Source of the DNA: Acidobacteriota bacterium
GTDB taxonomy: Bacteria > Acidobacteriota > UBA890
Assembly (NCBI GenBank): GCA_965214245.1
Contig: CBDCBL010000009.1
Location: 15,551 to 79,550, forward strand
Direction: 5' to 3'
Length of the DNA stretch: 64,000 bases
Positions 19,489 through 28,982 of the stretch are shown here, in pieces. The position numbers were made by a program, and so were the translations under genes. The first letter of the stretch is position 1; each line of letters opens with the position of its first letter. The notes beneath the pieces are model-generated. The model worked only from the letters and a program-made list of their open reading frames with translations, was not told the origin of the DNA and searched no databases.

Positions 19489-20314
19489 CTACGCCGCGAC
19501 AGGCTGAGTTTCCTCGGCCTGCCCCAGGATCAGCGCCAACACTTTCTCAACGTCCGAGACAACCTTCAGCGCCAAGCGGTGCGGGTCACCGTTACCGCTG
19601 TAGCCTTTCAGGTAGTCGTATCTGTAACCGTCGTTCGGTGCGCCATACAGCCGCGACAGAACAGCTGCTGATAGCTCGGCGACTGCTTCCTGTGTCGGTC
19701 GCTGTCCACCCTTGAGTTCGTTGCCACGTTCACCCAGAACGCGACGGTGTGCAGCGTGTGCCAGCTCGTGCCAAAACGTTTGGCTGTTGTGGGTAAACAG
19801 GGTGATCTCATCGCGGTCGATTGCGTACGAGCCGTAGGCGCTGACATTGGGCCTGCCGAGGTACTGCAACAGCCACTCCAAGCCGCTCGGCAACGTCTGC
19901 CAGCGCTGGAGGCTCTGGTGGCTCATAGTCGAACGTCGGCAGCACGTCTCCGTCGGTATCCTCGAGACGGAACACGGGAACCGCACGGAACCCCGTCAGC
20001 ACTTGCCGCTTGACCTCCTGGCCGTTGTCCTCCTCGGTGAACGTCTTGAGGTTCAGGGCCAGGATGTAGACGGCCTTGCAGCCTTTCTTGACGTGGCGGC
20101 CCATCTGTTTCCACTGCCGATAGCCGCGAGCGTCGGCAGTACCTGACAGCCAACACATGACGCGGTTGGACAGCGACCACGCGTCGCACGGCCTCACGTC
20201 GTCAGGGTGACGGGGAATCATGTTCTTGGCGATGGCGGTTTCTACCTCGCCTGTACGGAAAGCCTCAAGCAGCTGATCTAGCTGCACCTGGGCCTTGTCT
20301 GGAAGCCTGAACAT
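19489..20314 (-). pseudogene. ardC: ArdC-like antirestriction protein (ssDNA-binding N-domain plus HExxH zincin C-domain), split by a frameshift
   Basis: ORF 19808-20314 is the N-domain. ORF 19489-19986 is the C-domain with AYGSYAIDRDEITLFTHNSQTFWHELAHAAHRR. The two overlap out of frame, and together give about 280 aa. Confidence 0.5.
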
Positions 20315-20457
20315 TGGCTACCTCCTGTGGTTAGTAGTAGACGGACAAGACTATTATGCACAGGTACGTCTAGTTCGTCAACACAAAACCACCATGAAAA
20401 TGTGCTCGAATCAGCGCAAAGCCTTGTCAGGCTTAGATCAGCGGGGATTCACTCAAG

Positions 20458-20487
20458 TAGACACAAAGCCCTTCTGTCTACTTCGGC
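20458..20487. repeat. Palindromic site AGTAGACA-N11-TGTCTACT (copy 1 of a direct-repeat pair)
   Basis: It is repeated at 20765-20794. Related GTAGACG half-sites occur at 18786 and 20340. Confidence 0.5.
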
Positions 20488-20764
20488 GGTTCAAGCAACG
20501 GACGGTCTCCCACGTCGGACAGCGGGCCGTGGTCGCTCGGGAGTCGGAGCCGTTGTCGATGCCGCGGCAGCGCATCGGATCGGGCCTCAGGCAGCGCGAC
20601 GCTTCGGTAGGACGACCGGGGACGACCACGACCCGGGGGGGTGGCGGGACGGGGCATGCCAGGTCGGAGAGGTATACCTGTGACGGTGGTTACTTCCTGA
20701 AACTCGCCGAGTTGAGTCCCACCGGGGGGTTGGCGCTGTGCAAGGGGCACGCTGCGTTGCTGAG

Positions 20765-20794
20765 TAGACACAAGAGCCTTCTGTCGACTTCGAT
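20765..20794. repeat. Palindromic site AGTAGACA-N11-TGTCGACT (copy 2)
   Basis: It is a direct repeat of 20458-20487 in non-coding, AT-richer DNA between the ArdC-like gene and the IS3 remnant. Confidence 0.5.
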
Positions 20795-20864
20795 CTTTGA
20801 GCGGGGTCGCTGAGGTCGTTTTCAAGCCAGGCGAGAAGCGTGGGCCAGGTAGGGCAGGTGTCGG

Positions 20865-21132
20865 TCACCGTCCGGTCGGCACCCGCTGCTTCAATTCCTC
20901 GAACCAGTTGAGGACGACGTTGATGCCGGGGGTAGCGGGGGCGCGGTGGTCGATCCAACCGCACGGATCCTGGGCTCGTTCGAGGACGGCAGTCAGCCCG
21001 CGCAGGTCGAACTGAACGCGTTGCAGCGAAGCTTCAGCAGAATCCGTCGAAAGGCCAATGCGAACCTCGTCGTGCTGCAGCATCGTTCGAATCACGCTGG
21101 TGGCATTGCTTAACTCGAGCCGATTCTGGAGT
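20865..21132 (-). pseudogene. 3' portion of a hypothetical gene truncated by the IS3-family insertion
   Basis: The reading frame continues straight into the IS terminal repeat at ~21133, so the native N-terminus is lost. Confidence 0.3.
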
Positions 21133-21166
21133 TGCCCCGCTTTGGTGGACGGTTCCCCGCTCACAT

Positions 21167-21766
21167 TTAAGCGATCTGAGCGTGCCTCCTTTCGTACCCC
21201 ATGGGCGAGTCGTAGTCCAGGGGTGAGTGTCTGCGACGCGGGTTGTAGAAGCCCTCGATGAACTCGAAGACGGCCATGCGGGCTTCCGCCTGGGACCTGA
21301 ACCGCCGCCGGCGGTTCAGGAGCTCGCACTCGAGGGTGGCGAAGAAGCTCTCGCACATCGCGTTGTCGTAGCAGTCACCGGCTGATCCGGTCGACGGTCG
21401 CACCCCGACCTCCTGGCAGCGCTGACCGAAGGCGATCGACGTGTACTGCGTACCTTGGTCACTGTGATGAATCACCTGTTGGGGCCGTCGTTGCGAGATC
21501 GCCATGTTCAGCGCCTCGAGCACGAACTCGGTGCGCAGATGGGTCGCCATTGACCAACCGACAACGCGACGGCTGAAGACGTCCACGACGACCGACAAGT
21601 ACAAGAACCCTGCCCACGTTGGGATGTAGGTTATGTGGTGCCTCGGCTCTTCCTGTGGATCGCTTCGATCCGTGCCTGCAGCTTTGCGTCCGCCCGCGAT
21701 CGAGCCGACGGTTCCCGCCGGCGCCACGCGTAGTACCCGCTGGAGGAGACCTCCAGCACACGGCAC
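21167..21766 (-). CDS. IS3-family transposase OrfB (DDE core; short, its N-terminal part comes from the frameshift fusion)
   Basis: ...HSDQGTQYTS...DCYDNAMCESFFATLECELL...RRRHSPLDY. Confidence 0.75.
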   Translation of the reverse strand: MPCAGGLLQRVLRVAPAGTVGSIAGGRKAAGTDRSDPQEEPRHHITYIPTWAGFLYLSVVVDVFSRRVVGWSMATHLRTEFVLEALNMAISQRRPQQVIHHSDQGTQYTSIAFGQRCQEVGVRPSTGSAGDCYDNAMCESFFATLECELLNRRRRFRSQAEARMAVFEFIEGFYNPRRRHSPLDYDSPMGYERRHAQIA

Positions 21767-21800
21767 ATCGTGGCAATCGGATACTTCGCCTGGTGACCGC

Positions 21801-22151
21801 TCACGAACTCGAAGACTTCGGCGGTACTGAGTCGGTCTCCCGAGCGAACCAGGCCGCGGCTTTTGAAAGGATCTCCCGCTCTTGCTTCAGCTGGCGGTTC
21901 TCTTTCCGCAGCCGCCCCAGCTCCTCGCGCTCAGCAGTGCTGAGCCCTTCGGCGCTGCGGCCTTCGTCGCGGTCAGCCTGCTTGATCCACTGGCGAATCG
22001 TCCAGTACGACGGCTCGAACTCCTTGGCCAGCTCGGCGACGCTCCGCCCAGCTCGTGCCACTTCTATGATCCGCCGCCGAAACTCCGCCGGGTACGGCCC
22101 TCTTGTCCTTGGCATCCTGAACACCTCCCGTGTACGTCGTAAGGTGTCCAC
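21801..22151 (-). CDS. IS3-family transposase OrfA
   Basis: ...MPRTRGPYPAEFRRRIIEVARAGRSVAELAKEF...LRKENRQLKQEREILSKAAAWFARET. Confidence 0.8.
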   Translation of the reverse strand: MDTLRRTREVFRMPRTRGPYPAEFRRRIIEVARAGRSVAELAKEFEPSYWTIRQWIKQADRDEGRSAEGLSTAEREELGRLRKENRQLKQEREILSKAAAWFARETDSVPPKSSSS

Positions 22152-22163
22152 GAAATCGGGTCA

Positions 22164-22480
22164 AGTCCAAGATCCCCGGCCTGGCTCCTTTCCGGGTGTT
22201 CCACGACTGGCGGCACAGCTTTACTTCGAGGGTGTCAGAGGCAGGGATACCCGAGGCGGTGATTGCCCGGTGGCGGGGCGATGCCGACACGTCGATGCTC
22301 GCTCGCTATCGTCACATGCGGCCCGAAGCTATCGACCACTGGCGCGACGCGCTGCACGAGCGCGATGCAGCCTACCGCAACGGCAGGCTGGTAAACTTGG
22401 GCTCCCGTAGGCGCGAATTGGGGACGGATTTGGGTACGTCGGCCAAGAAGAAATCCCAAACCCCCGAAAACAGCGCCTAA
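22164..22480 (+). pseudogene. C-terminal fragment of a tyrosine integrase gene, truncated at its 5' side by the IS3 element; its 3' end abuts the tRNA-Arg 5' end
   Basis: ...FRVFHDWRHSFTSRVSEAGIPEAVIARWRGDADTSMLARYRHM... (box II and Tyr). It is a paralog of the integrase at 22591-23262. Confidence 0.7.
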
Positions 22481-22487
22481 AGTACCC

Positions 22488-22560
22488 GCCCCTGTAGCTC
22501 AGGTGGATAGAGCACGGGATTCCTAATCCCGGAGCCCAGGTTCGAGTCCTGGCAGGGGCA
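22488..22560 (+). tRNA. tRNA-Arg (anticodon CCT)
   Basis: It folds as a cloverleaf: acceptor GCCCCTG/CAGGGGC, D-arm GCTC..GAGC, anticodon stem CGGGA/TCCCG with loop TTCCTAA, T-arm CCAGG TTCGAGT CCTGG, discriminator A. Confidence 0.85.
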
Positions 22561-22590
22561 TTCAATATCCACGCGGGTTTGCAGCGATTT

Positions 22591-23262
22591 TCAGGCATCC
22601 GAAGTTCGCTTTTTCGCGATCCCTTGCCGCATTTCTTGCCACTCTTGCCGGGAGATAACGATCAGCTCGCCTTCGGCCAGGTTGTCGGCCTGCTTTTCAA
22701 GGGCGTCGGCGGCGCCAGTAAGAGCCGCTGATCGCATGTGCGAGTAGCGGTTCACCATCTGCGTGTCGGAGTGCCCGAGCAACGCGGCGATCCACTGTTC
22801 CGGGATGCCCTGTTCGGTGAGCCTCGACGCGTAGCCGTGGCGCAGATCGTGGATCCGGAACGGCGGCATCTTCACGCCTTCGCTTGAGCGCACCGTATGG
22901 AACGCCTTGCGGATGTTGGTGTACGGCTGGCCTGTCCGGGGTGACGGAAACAGCCACTCGGTACCGGCCAGGTTGGCGGCCTGGACCTTGCGCGCGAGCT
23001 CATCCCGTAACCGATTGGTCATCGGAATCTGGCGCGGCGTGTCGTTCTTCGTTTCGAGTGCGTCAATCGCTTCGCGGGGCGGGCCGTCTTCGCGCGGGTG
23101 CAGATCGAACCGGATGTTGCGCACCCGTAACGTCAGCGCCTCGTTCATCCGGAGCCCCGCATCCCAAAAGCACACCACGATCGCGTTTACGAATCTCGAA
23201 ACTCCTTGGTCGGGCCAGCAGGGTTCAAGGAGACCGCGCGAGAAATCCGATACCCATCTCAC
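22591..23262 (-). CDS. Tyrosine integrase (223 aa, catalytic domain; N-terminal core-binding domain apparently missing)
   Basis: ...LRMNEALTLRVRNI...FRIHDLRHGYASRLTEQGIPEQWIAALLGHSDTQMVNRYSHM. The start lies inside the thioredoxin-fragment region. Confidence 0.65.
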   Translation of the reverse strand: MRWVSDFSRGLLEPCWPDQGVSRFVNAIVVCFWDAGLRMNEALTLRVRNIRFDLHPREDGPPREAIDALETKNDTPRQIPMTNRLRDELARKVQAANLAGTEWLFPSPRTGQPYTNIRKAFHTVRSSEGVKMPPFRIHDLRHGYASRLTEQGIPEQWIAALLGHSDTQMVNRYSHMRSAALTGAADALEKQADNLAEGELIVISRQEWQEMRQGIAKKRTSDA

Positions 23263-23515
23263 CTAGCCTGTTTGAGGTTTCCGTCCACACTGGCAGGGTC
23301 GCCTCGCAAAACTTGCACGTGGTAGTGAAAAAGGCGAGAACAGTAACGCCCGACTCCACGACGGTGTCGAGCCTTCCTGTATCTTCCCCAAGGCTAGTCA
23401 AAGCGATGGGGGCGAGCACGTTTCCCACCTGCACAATCTCGAGTTCGGCTCCGCCTTGCGACCGCGCAGCTAGGTTACGCTTGAGAGCCCGATTCTGTTC
23501 GACCAGAAACAACAT
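23225..23515 (-). pseudogene. N-terminal fragment of a thioredoxin-like (TlpA/redoxin) gene
   Basis: ...VTVLAFFTTTCKFCEATLPVWTETSNRLGEMGIGFLA has the CxxC motif. The frame runs into the integrase region and there is no C-terminal half. Confidence 0.45.
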
Positions 23516-23547
23516 TACGCCGCAGACTGAAAAAACCGTCGCTATGG

Positions 23548-23748
23548 TTGACCGATCGCCTTGGGGCTGAAGCGATTCGCATCCCCTATGTACCGGTCAC
23601 GGTCCTGGTGGATGAGAATCGGATGGTTCAAGGTATTTGGAAGGGGGCGTTGAGTGACGTCGACATGGACGCCATCATCGGCGCGGCTGCCAGGTTCGCT
23701 ACCAGCGACGGCGCCGTAACTGGTAATGATGGAACACCGACCAGATAG
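23548..23748 (+). pseudogene. C-terminal fragment of a thioredoxin-like gene on the opposite strand
   Basis: ...IRIPYVPVTVLVDENRMVQGIW... resembles the redoxin C-terminal beta-alpha region. It diverges from the N-terminal fragment above. Confidence 0.35.
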
Positions 23749-23757
23749 GCTAGATGG

Positions 23758-24378
23758 ATGACGAAAGCTAGCGTCCTGCTGGGTGCAAGCCTTGCATGGT
23801 CAATGACCCTGTTCGCCTGCGCGAGCTCCGGTGATCCGGCCACGGACGAGTGGCGGGTAACGCGCGTAGTCAATGGCACCGTCACCACTATTCGGAACGA
23901 AGCGGGATCCAAGTGGGGTAGGCCAGCGCGACTTGTCGAGGAGCTGTCGATTGGGGAGGAAGCCAGCGAGGCGCCTTTCATTTTCGGTGACGTGACCGAT
24001 ATTTGGGCGACGGAGGACCGGATCTATGTGGTCGACATACAGGTTCCTGCGGTCAGGGTGTATGACCACAACGGCAACTACATCAAGGACATCGGAGCGG
24101 CTGGTCCCGGCCCAGGAGAGTACGAGAAGCCTCACTATGTCGCGGTTGCTTCCGATGGCAGGATTTTCGTGACCGAGCTGAGTACTGTGGCCACCATCAA
24201 CGTGTACGGCGAAGACGGAAACTACTTGGAAACATGGACTTGGCCGAGAGGCGGGACCGGGATTGGGTTCTCCTTGAGCGTCGATGACGTCGTGTACGTG
24301 GGACTTCGCGACTACTTCGATCTTATTGACCAGACCCCGCGGTTAGTACCACCTTCTATCTCAGTAACACGGTGCTGA
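23758..24378 (+). pseudogene. NHL/beta-propeller-repeat lipoprotein gene truncated by an IS insertion (C-terminus encoded by the IS end)
   Basis: There is a signal peptide with a lipobox (LFAC). The last 16 residues [16 protein letters not shown] are read from the IS3 terminal repeat that begins at 24327. Confidence 0.55.
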
Positions 24379-24866
24379 CAAGATGTTGTTGAGGCCGGCG
24401 AAGCGTAGCGTAGCCGGTTTCAACAACACCGCTTCCGGTGCCGGAGGTCGATAGCCCAGCGAGCTGTGCGGTCGTACGCGGTTGTACTGCTGGCGCCATC
24501 TCTCGATCAGAACCTTTGCCTCCTTCAGCGTGTAGAAGATCTCCCCGTTCAGCAGCTCGTCTCTGAGCTTGCCGTTGAAGCTCTCCACATAGCCGTTCTC
24601 CCATGGGGAGCCCGGCTCGATGAACAGCGTGCCGACGCCGAGCCGGCCCAACCAGTCGCGAACCGCCTCGGCGGTGAATTCCGGTCCGTTATCTGACCTG
24701 ATGTGCGCTGGAATACCTCGATGAACGAACAGTCGTCCTAGTCGGTGAAGTACGTTCTCGGAGTTGAGCTTCCGCGCCACGTCGATTGCAAGGCTCTCCC
24801 GTGTGTACTCGTCGACGATCGTCAGCAGCCTCATAGCCCGACCGTCATGCGTCCGGTGGTGGACGA

Positions 24867-26234
24867 GGATGTGTCCCGAAGTTTGTAGAAAATCGTCTGG
24901 CGTGGCTCCGAGCTTGGACGTTTGACGTTACCTGCTACGCGGCCAACTCCTCCTGTTGGTCGATGATCGCGGCGAGATGCCGGTACCCGTCGATGCGGCG
25001 CATGCGGATCTGCCCGAACGCGATCAGCCCCCACAGCAGCGTCACCCCGGCCGCCTCGGTGCTGAACGATCCCTGGGTCTTGGTACGGCGACGGAACTCG
25101 CGGTTGAGGTTCTCCAGTGGGTTCGTCGTGCGCAGCGTCTTGCACATCGGTTTGGGGAACTCGTAGAAGGTCAGCAGCACCAGCCCCGCTTCCTCGAGGC
25201 TGCGCGCCACCGCCGGCACCAACCTCGACCACTTGCGCACGAAGTTGCTGTACGCGGCCCTCGCCTCGCTGCCGTTTGCCGCCTTCACGATGCGGTCCCA
25301 GTCTCGTTTCAGCTCGTCGTGGGCGTGTGACGGGCAATGCTTCAACAGATTCTTCCACTTGTGCTGAAGGCAGCGCTGCACCTTCGCTTCGGGCCACACC
25401 GTCGTCGCCTTGGCCAGCCCTTTGTGGCCGTCGGCGATGATCAGCCGGGGCGGCCGAAGACCTCTTTGCTCTAGGTCCTCGATCAGCCACTTCCAGTGAC
25501 ACCCGGCCTCCGAAGCGGCCCGACGCAACGCCACCAACACCTTGCGCCCATCTTCCGCCACTCCCAGCGCGGCGAAGATCGGCACCGACACGACCTGCCG
25601 CGCCAACCTCACCTTCAGGTGGAACCCGTCCAGGTACACGATCGGGTACGACTCACCGGTCAGATCGCGCTCGCACCACGTCCCGAACAGCTTCTTCAGC
25701 CGCCCCACCACCCTTGAGATCGCGCTCTTCGAGAGGTTCGCTTCACCCAGCAGCGGCGCGAGCGCCTTGCGGATCCGTCGGCTATTTGCACCCGCCAGGT
25801 ACACCCCTAGAATCGCCTCGTCGACTTCCTCGGTGCGCCGTTGATACCGCGGCAGGATCGTGCTGCGGAACTCCCCGGTGCTGCCGTCCTCTCGCAGCAG
25901 CCGTCCCCGTGGTACCTCCAGATCCTGCGGCCCCTGCGCCATCGTGATCTGCCGCCGATACGTCCCGTGCCGATATCCTCGCCGCGAGCCGTTGCGCTCG
26001 TACGGCCCGCATCCCAACGCCTCGGCGAGCTCCTCCTCAAGCGTGATCGTAATCGCCTCCTGGATGCGGCTGTGCAGCAGCTCCTGGATGGCGCTACGGA
26101 ACTCGATGACCGATACCTCTCCCGTGCTACCGTTGCTCATGGTGTGACCTCCTTGTTGTCGCCGTTTCCAGCGACTCGTTTTTCCTACTCGGAGGTTACG
26201 CCATTTCTTTTTCTACAGGACTCGGGACGGATCC
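24867..26234 (-). mobile_element. IS256-family insertion sequence (1368 bp) with an 8-bp TSD GTGGACGA
   Basis: Imperfect ~26-bp terminal inverted repeats GGATGTGTCCCGAAGTTTGTAGAAAA / TTTTCTACAGGACTCGGGACGGATCC. The TSD is at 24859-24866 and 26235-26242, and it restores the IS3 OrfB frame. Confidence 0.8.
24935..26140 (-). CDS. IS256-family (mutator-type) transposase
   Basis: It is 401 aa: ...YLDGFHLKVR...ADGHKGL...CLQHKWKN... Confidence 0.9.
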   Translation of the reverse strand: MSNGSTGEVSVIEFRSAIQELLHSRIQEAITITLEEELAEALGCGPYERNGSRRGYRHGTYRRQITMAQGPQDLEVPRGRLLREDGSTGEFRSTILPRYQRRTEEVDEAILGVYLAGANSRRIRKALAPLLGEANLSKSAISRVVGRLKKLFGTWCERDLTGESYPIVYLDGFHLKVRLARQVVSVPIFAALGVAEDGRKVLVALRRAASEAGCHWKWLIEDLEQRGLRPPRLIIADGHKGLAKATTVWPEAKVQRCLQHKWKNLLKHCPSHAHDELKRDWDRIVKAANGSEARAAYSNFVRKWSRLVPAVARSLEEAGLVLLTFYEFPKPMCKTLRTTNPLENLNREFRRRTKTQGSFSTEAAGVTLLWGLIAFGQIRMRRIDGYRHLAAIIDQQEELAA

Positions 26235-26620
26235 GTGGACGAAGTCATACGCCCAGACATGATCCTTGTTCTCGGGGCGCAGTCGGATGCAGGAGCCATC
26301 GTTGAGCCACAGCCGTGCTCGCTTGGGCTGTTTCTTCGGTACTTTCAGCCCCTCGCGCCGCCAGATCCGTTGCACCCGCTTGTGGTTCACGAGCCAGCCC
26401 TCCATGCGCAGTAGCGCCGTCACTCGCCGATACCCGTAGCGGCCATACTCTCGGGCTAGGTTCACGATCCTCTCCTCCGTCAGCACCTGCTCGTCGTCCG
26501 GTTGCCGTGGCACGTACCGCTGCGTCGTGCGCGACTGTTTCAGCACCCGGCACGCTCGTCGCTCGGAAACGCCCAGCCTCCGCCGAACATGCTCAACCGC
26601 ATCTCGGCGACGTGCCGGGC

Positions 26621-26899
26621 TCAGAAGTTTCCCTCCGCAACTTCCTTCAGGATCGAAAGATCCAGCTCCTTTTCCGCCACAATCTTCTTGAGCCGGACGT
26701 TCTCCTTCTCAAGTTGCTTCAGCCGCCTGGCCTCGTCGACCCTCAGCCCCCCGTACTCGCGTCGCCACCGGTAGTAGGTGTGCTCGGTGATTGCTAGCTT
26801 GCGGCAGGCATCCTTGACCGTCGCGCCGCGGGCCAGCTCCACCTCAGCCTCCCGTAGCTTCCGTACGATCTGCTCTGCGCTGTGCCTCTTCGCCGGCAT
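26621..26899 (-). CDS. IS3-family transposase OrfA of the disrupted IS
   Basis: MPAKRHSAEQIVRKLREAEVELARGATVKDACRKLAITEHTYYRWRREYGG... Confidence 0.8.
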   Translation of the reverse strand: MPAKRHSAEQIVRKLREAEVELARGATVKDACRKLAITEHTYYRWRREYGGLRVDEARRLKQLEKENVRLKKIVAEKELDLSILKEVAEGNF

Positions 26900-27101
26900 T
26901 CTAACCTCCCTTTTTCGACCCGGATCGTGAGATTACCTCTGGATCCGTTTTGGGGGGTCAGGTCACCCGTCGATTTTCTTTGCGGGGCTCGGCGCGTCGG
27001 CCGCACGGAAGGTAGGCGAAACGTAGGCGCCAGGGGAATTACGCCGAAACCCCCTAAGGCGAAGGAACGCCGTAAGTTGTTGATATCAAGGGGTTTAAAA
27101 A

Positions 27102-27179
27102 TGGTAGCCCCGACGGGATTTGAACCCGTGTTACCGGCTTGAAAGGCCGGCGTCCTAAACCTGGCTGGACGACGGGGCC
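27102..27179 (-). tRNA. tRNA-Glu (anticodon TTC), CCA encoded
   Basis: The reverse complement folds as GGCCCCGTCGTCCAGCC...CCGGCCTTTCAAGCCGG...GGGTTCAAATCCCGTCGGGGCTACCA. Confidence 0.85.
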
Positions 27180-27220
27180 ACCATGATGGGGCGTGAGCCA
27201 GCGAAAAATGGCTCAGAAAG

Positions 27221-27293
27221 TGGGCCGTGACGGGCTCGAACCGTCGACACCCGGCTTAAAAGGCCGGTGCTCTGCCTACTGAGCTAACGGCCC
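27221..27293 (-). tRNA. tRNA-Lys (anticodon TTT)
   Basis: The reverse complement folds as GGGCCGTTAGCTCAGTAGGCAGAGCACCGGCCTTTTAAGCCGG...GGTTCGAGCCCGTCACGGCCCA. Confidence 0.85.
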
Positions 27294-27306
27294 ACTAAAG
27301 GGTAGC

Positions 27307-28686
<1,380 letters not shown>

Positions 28687-28740
28687 TCAAGAACGGCGAA
28701 GCTCCGACAAGTTGCCGAGGCTGTTGCCGTCGTAAGTAGA

Positions 28741-28768
28741 TCCATGACACTTTCACCACGGCCTGCTA
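28741..28768. repeat. 33-bp inverted-repeat family, degenerate A-form copy (tCCATGACACTTTCACCACGGCCTGCTA)
   Basis: It ends 13 nt before the DUF2065 start codon. Upstream DNA resembles the interior of the family's other copies. Confidence 0.6.
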
Positions 28769-28781
28769 GCATCGACGCACA

Positions 28782-28982
28782 ATGGACTGGCAGCTCATAT
28801 TGCTGGCCTTGGGGTTGGCGTTGATCATCGAAGGGCTGCCGTACTTTCTGTTTCCCGTGGGGACGCTCCGGACTCTCCGTCAGCTTGAGAGCCTCGGCCC
28901 CGAGGCGGCCCGGTTTTTGGGCCTCGCGGCGTTGATTGCCGGTCTCGTGCTGCTCTTTGTGGGAAGGCTGGCGGCGGGGTGA
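28782..28982 (+). CDS. DUF2065-family small membrane protein
   Basis: MDWQLILLALGLALIIEGLPYFLFP... is 66 aa. It is bracketed by A-form (28741-28768) and B-form (28980-29013) repeats, and its TGA stop is the first 3 nt of the B repeat. Confidence 0.6.
   Translation: MDWQLILLALGLALIIEGLPYFLFPVGTLRTLRQLESLGPEAARFLGLAALIAGLVLLFVGRLAAG

Larger units (their letters stand above)
21133..22163 (-). mobile_element. IS3-family element (~1.0 kb, probably internally deleted) inserted into an integrase gene
   Basis: The left inverted repeat TGACCCGATTTCGTGGACACC is at 22163 (minus-strand sense). A related right repeat TGCCCCGCTTTGGTGGACGG is at 21133. The element carries OrfA plus a short OrfB. Confidence 0.7.
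24327..26965 (-). mobile_element. Second IS3-family element (an iso-form of the IS at 16936) disrupted by an IS256-family insertion
   Basis: Its 48-bp terminus is identical to 18164-18212. It ends TGACC...GGTCA. OrfA is intact (26621-26899), and OrfB is split into 26196-26546 and 24361-24834. Confidence 0.75.

Noticed and set aside
20295-20813. 172-aa and 115-aa ORFs over the palindromic-repeat block
   Set aside because: They are low-complexity and AT-richer, and the repeats fall inside them. They are most likely non-coding.
23270-23312. A possible degenerate copy of the tRNA-Arg 3' end (AGGTT..TCC..TGGCAGGG) upstream of the second integrase, as an attR
   Set aside because: Only an 8-mer (TGGCAGGG) and a few flanking bases match. 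That is too weak to call a repeat without a genome-wide test.
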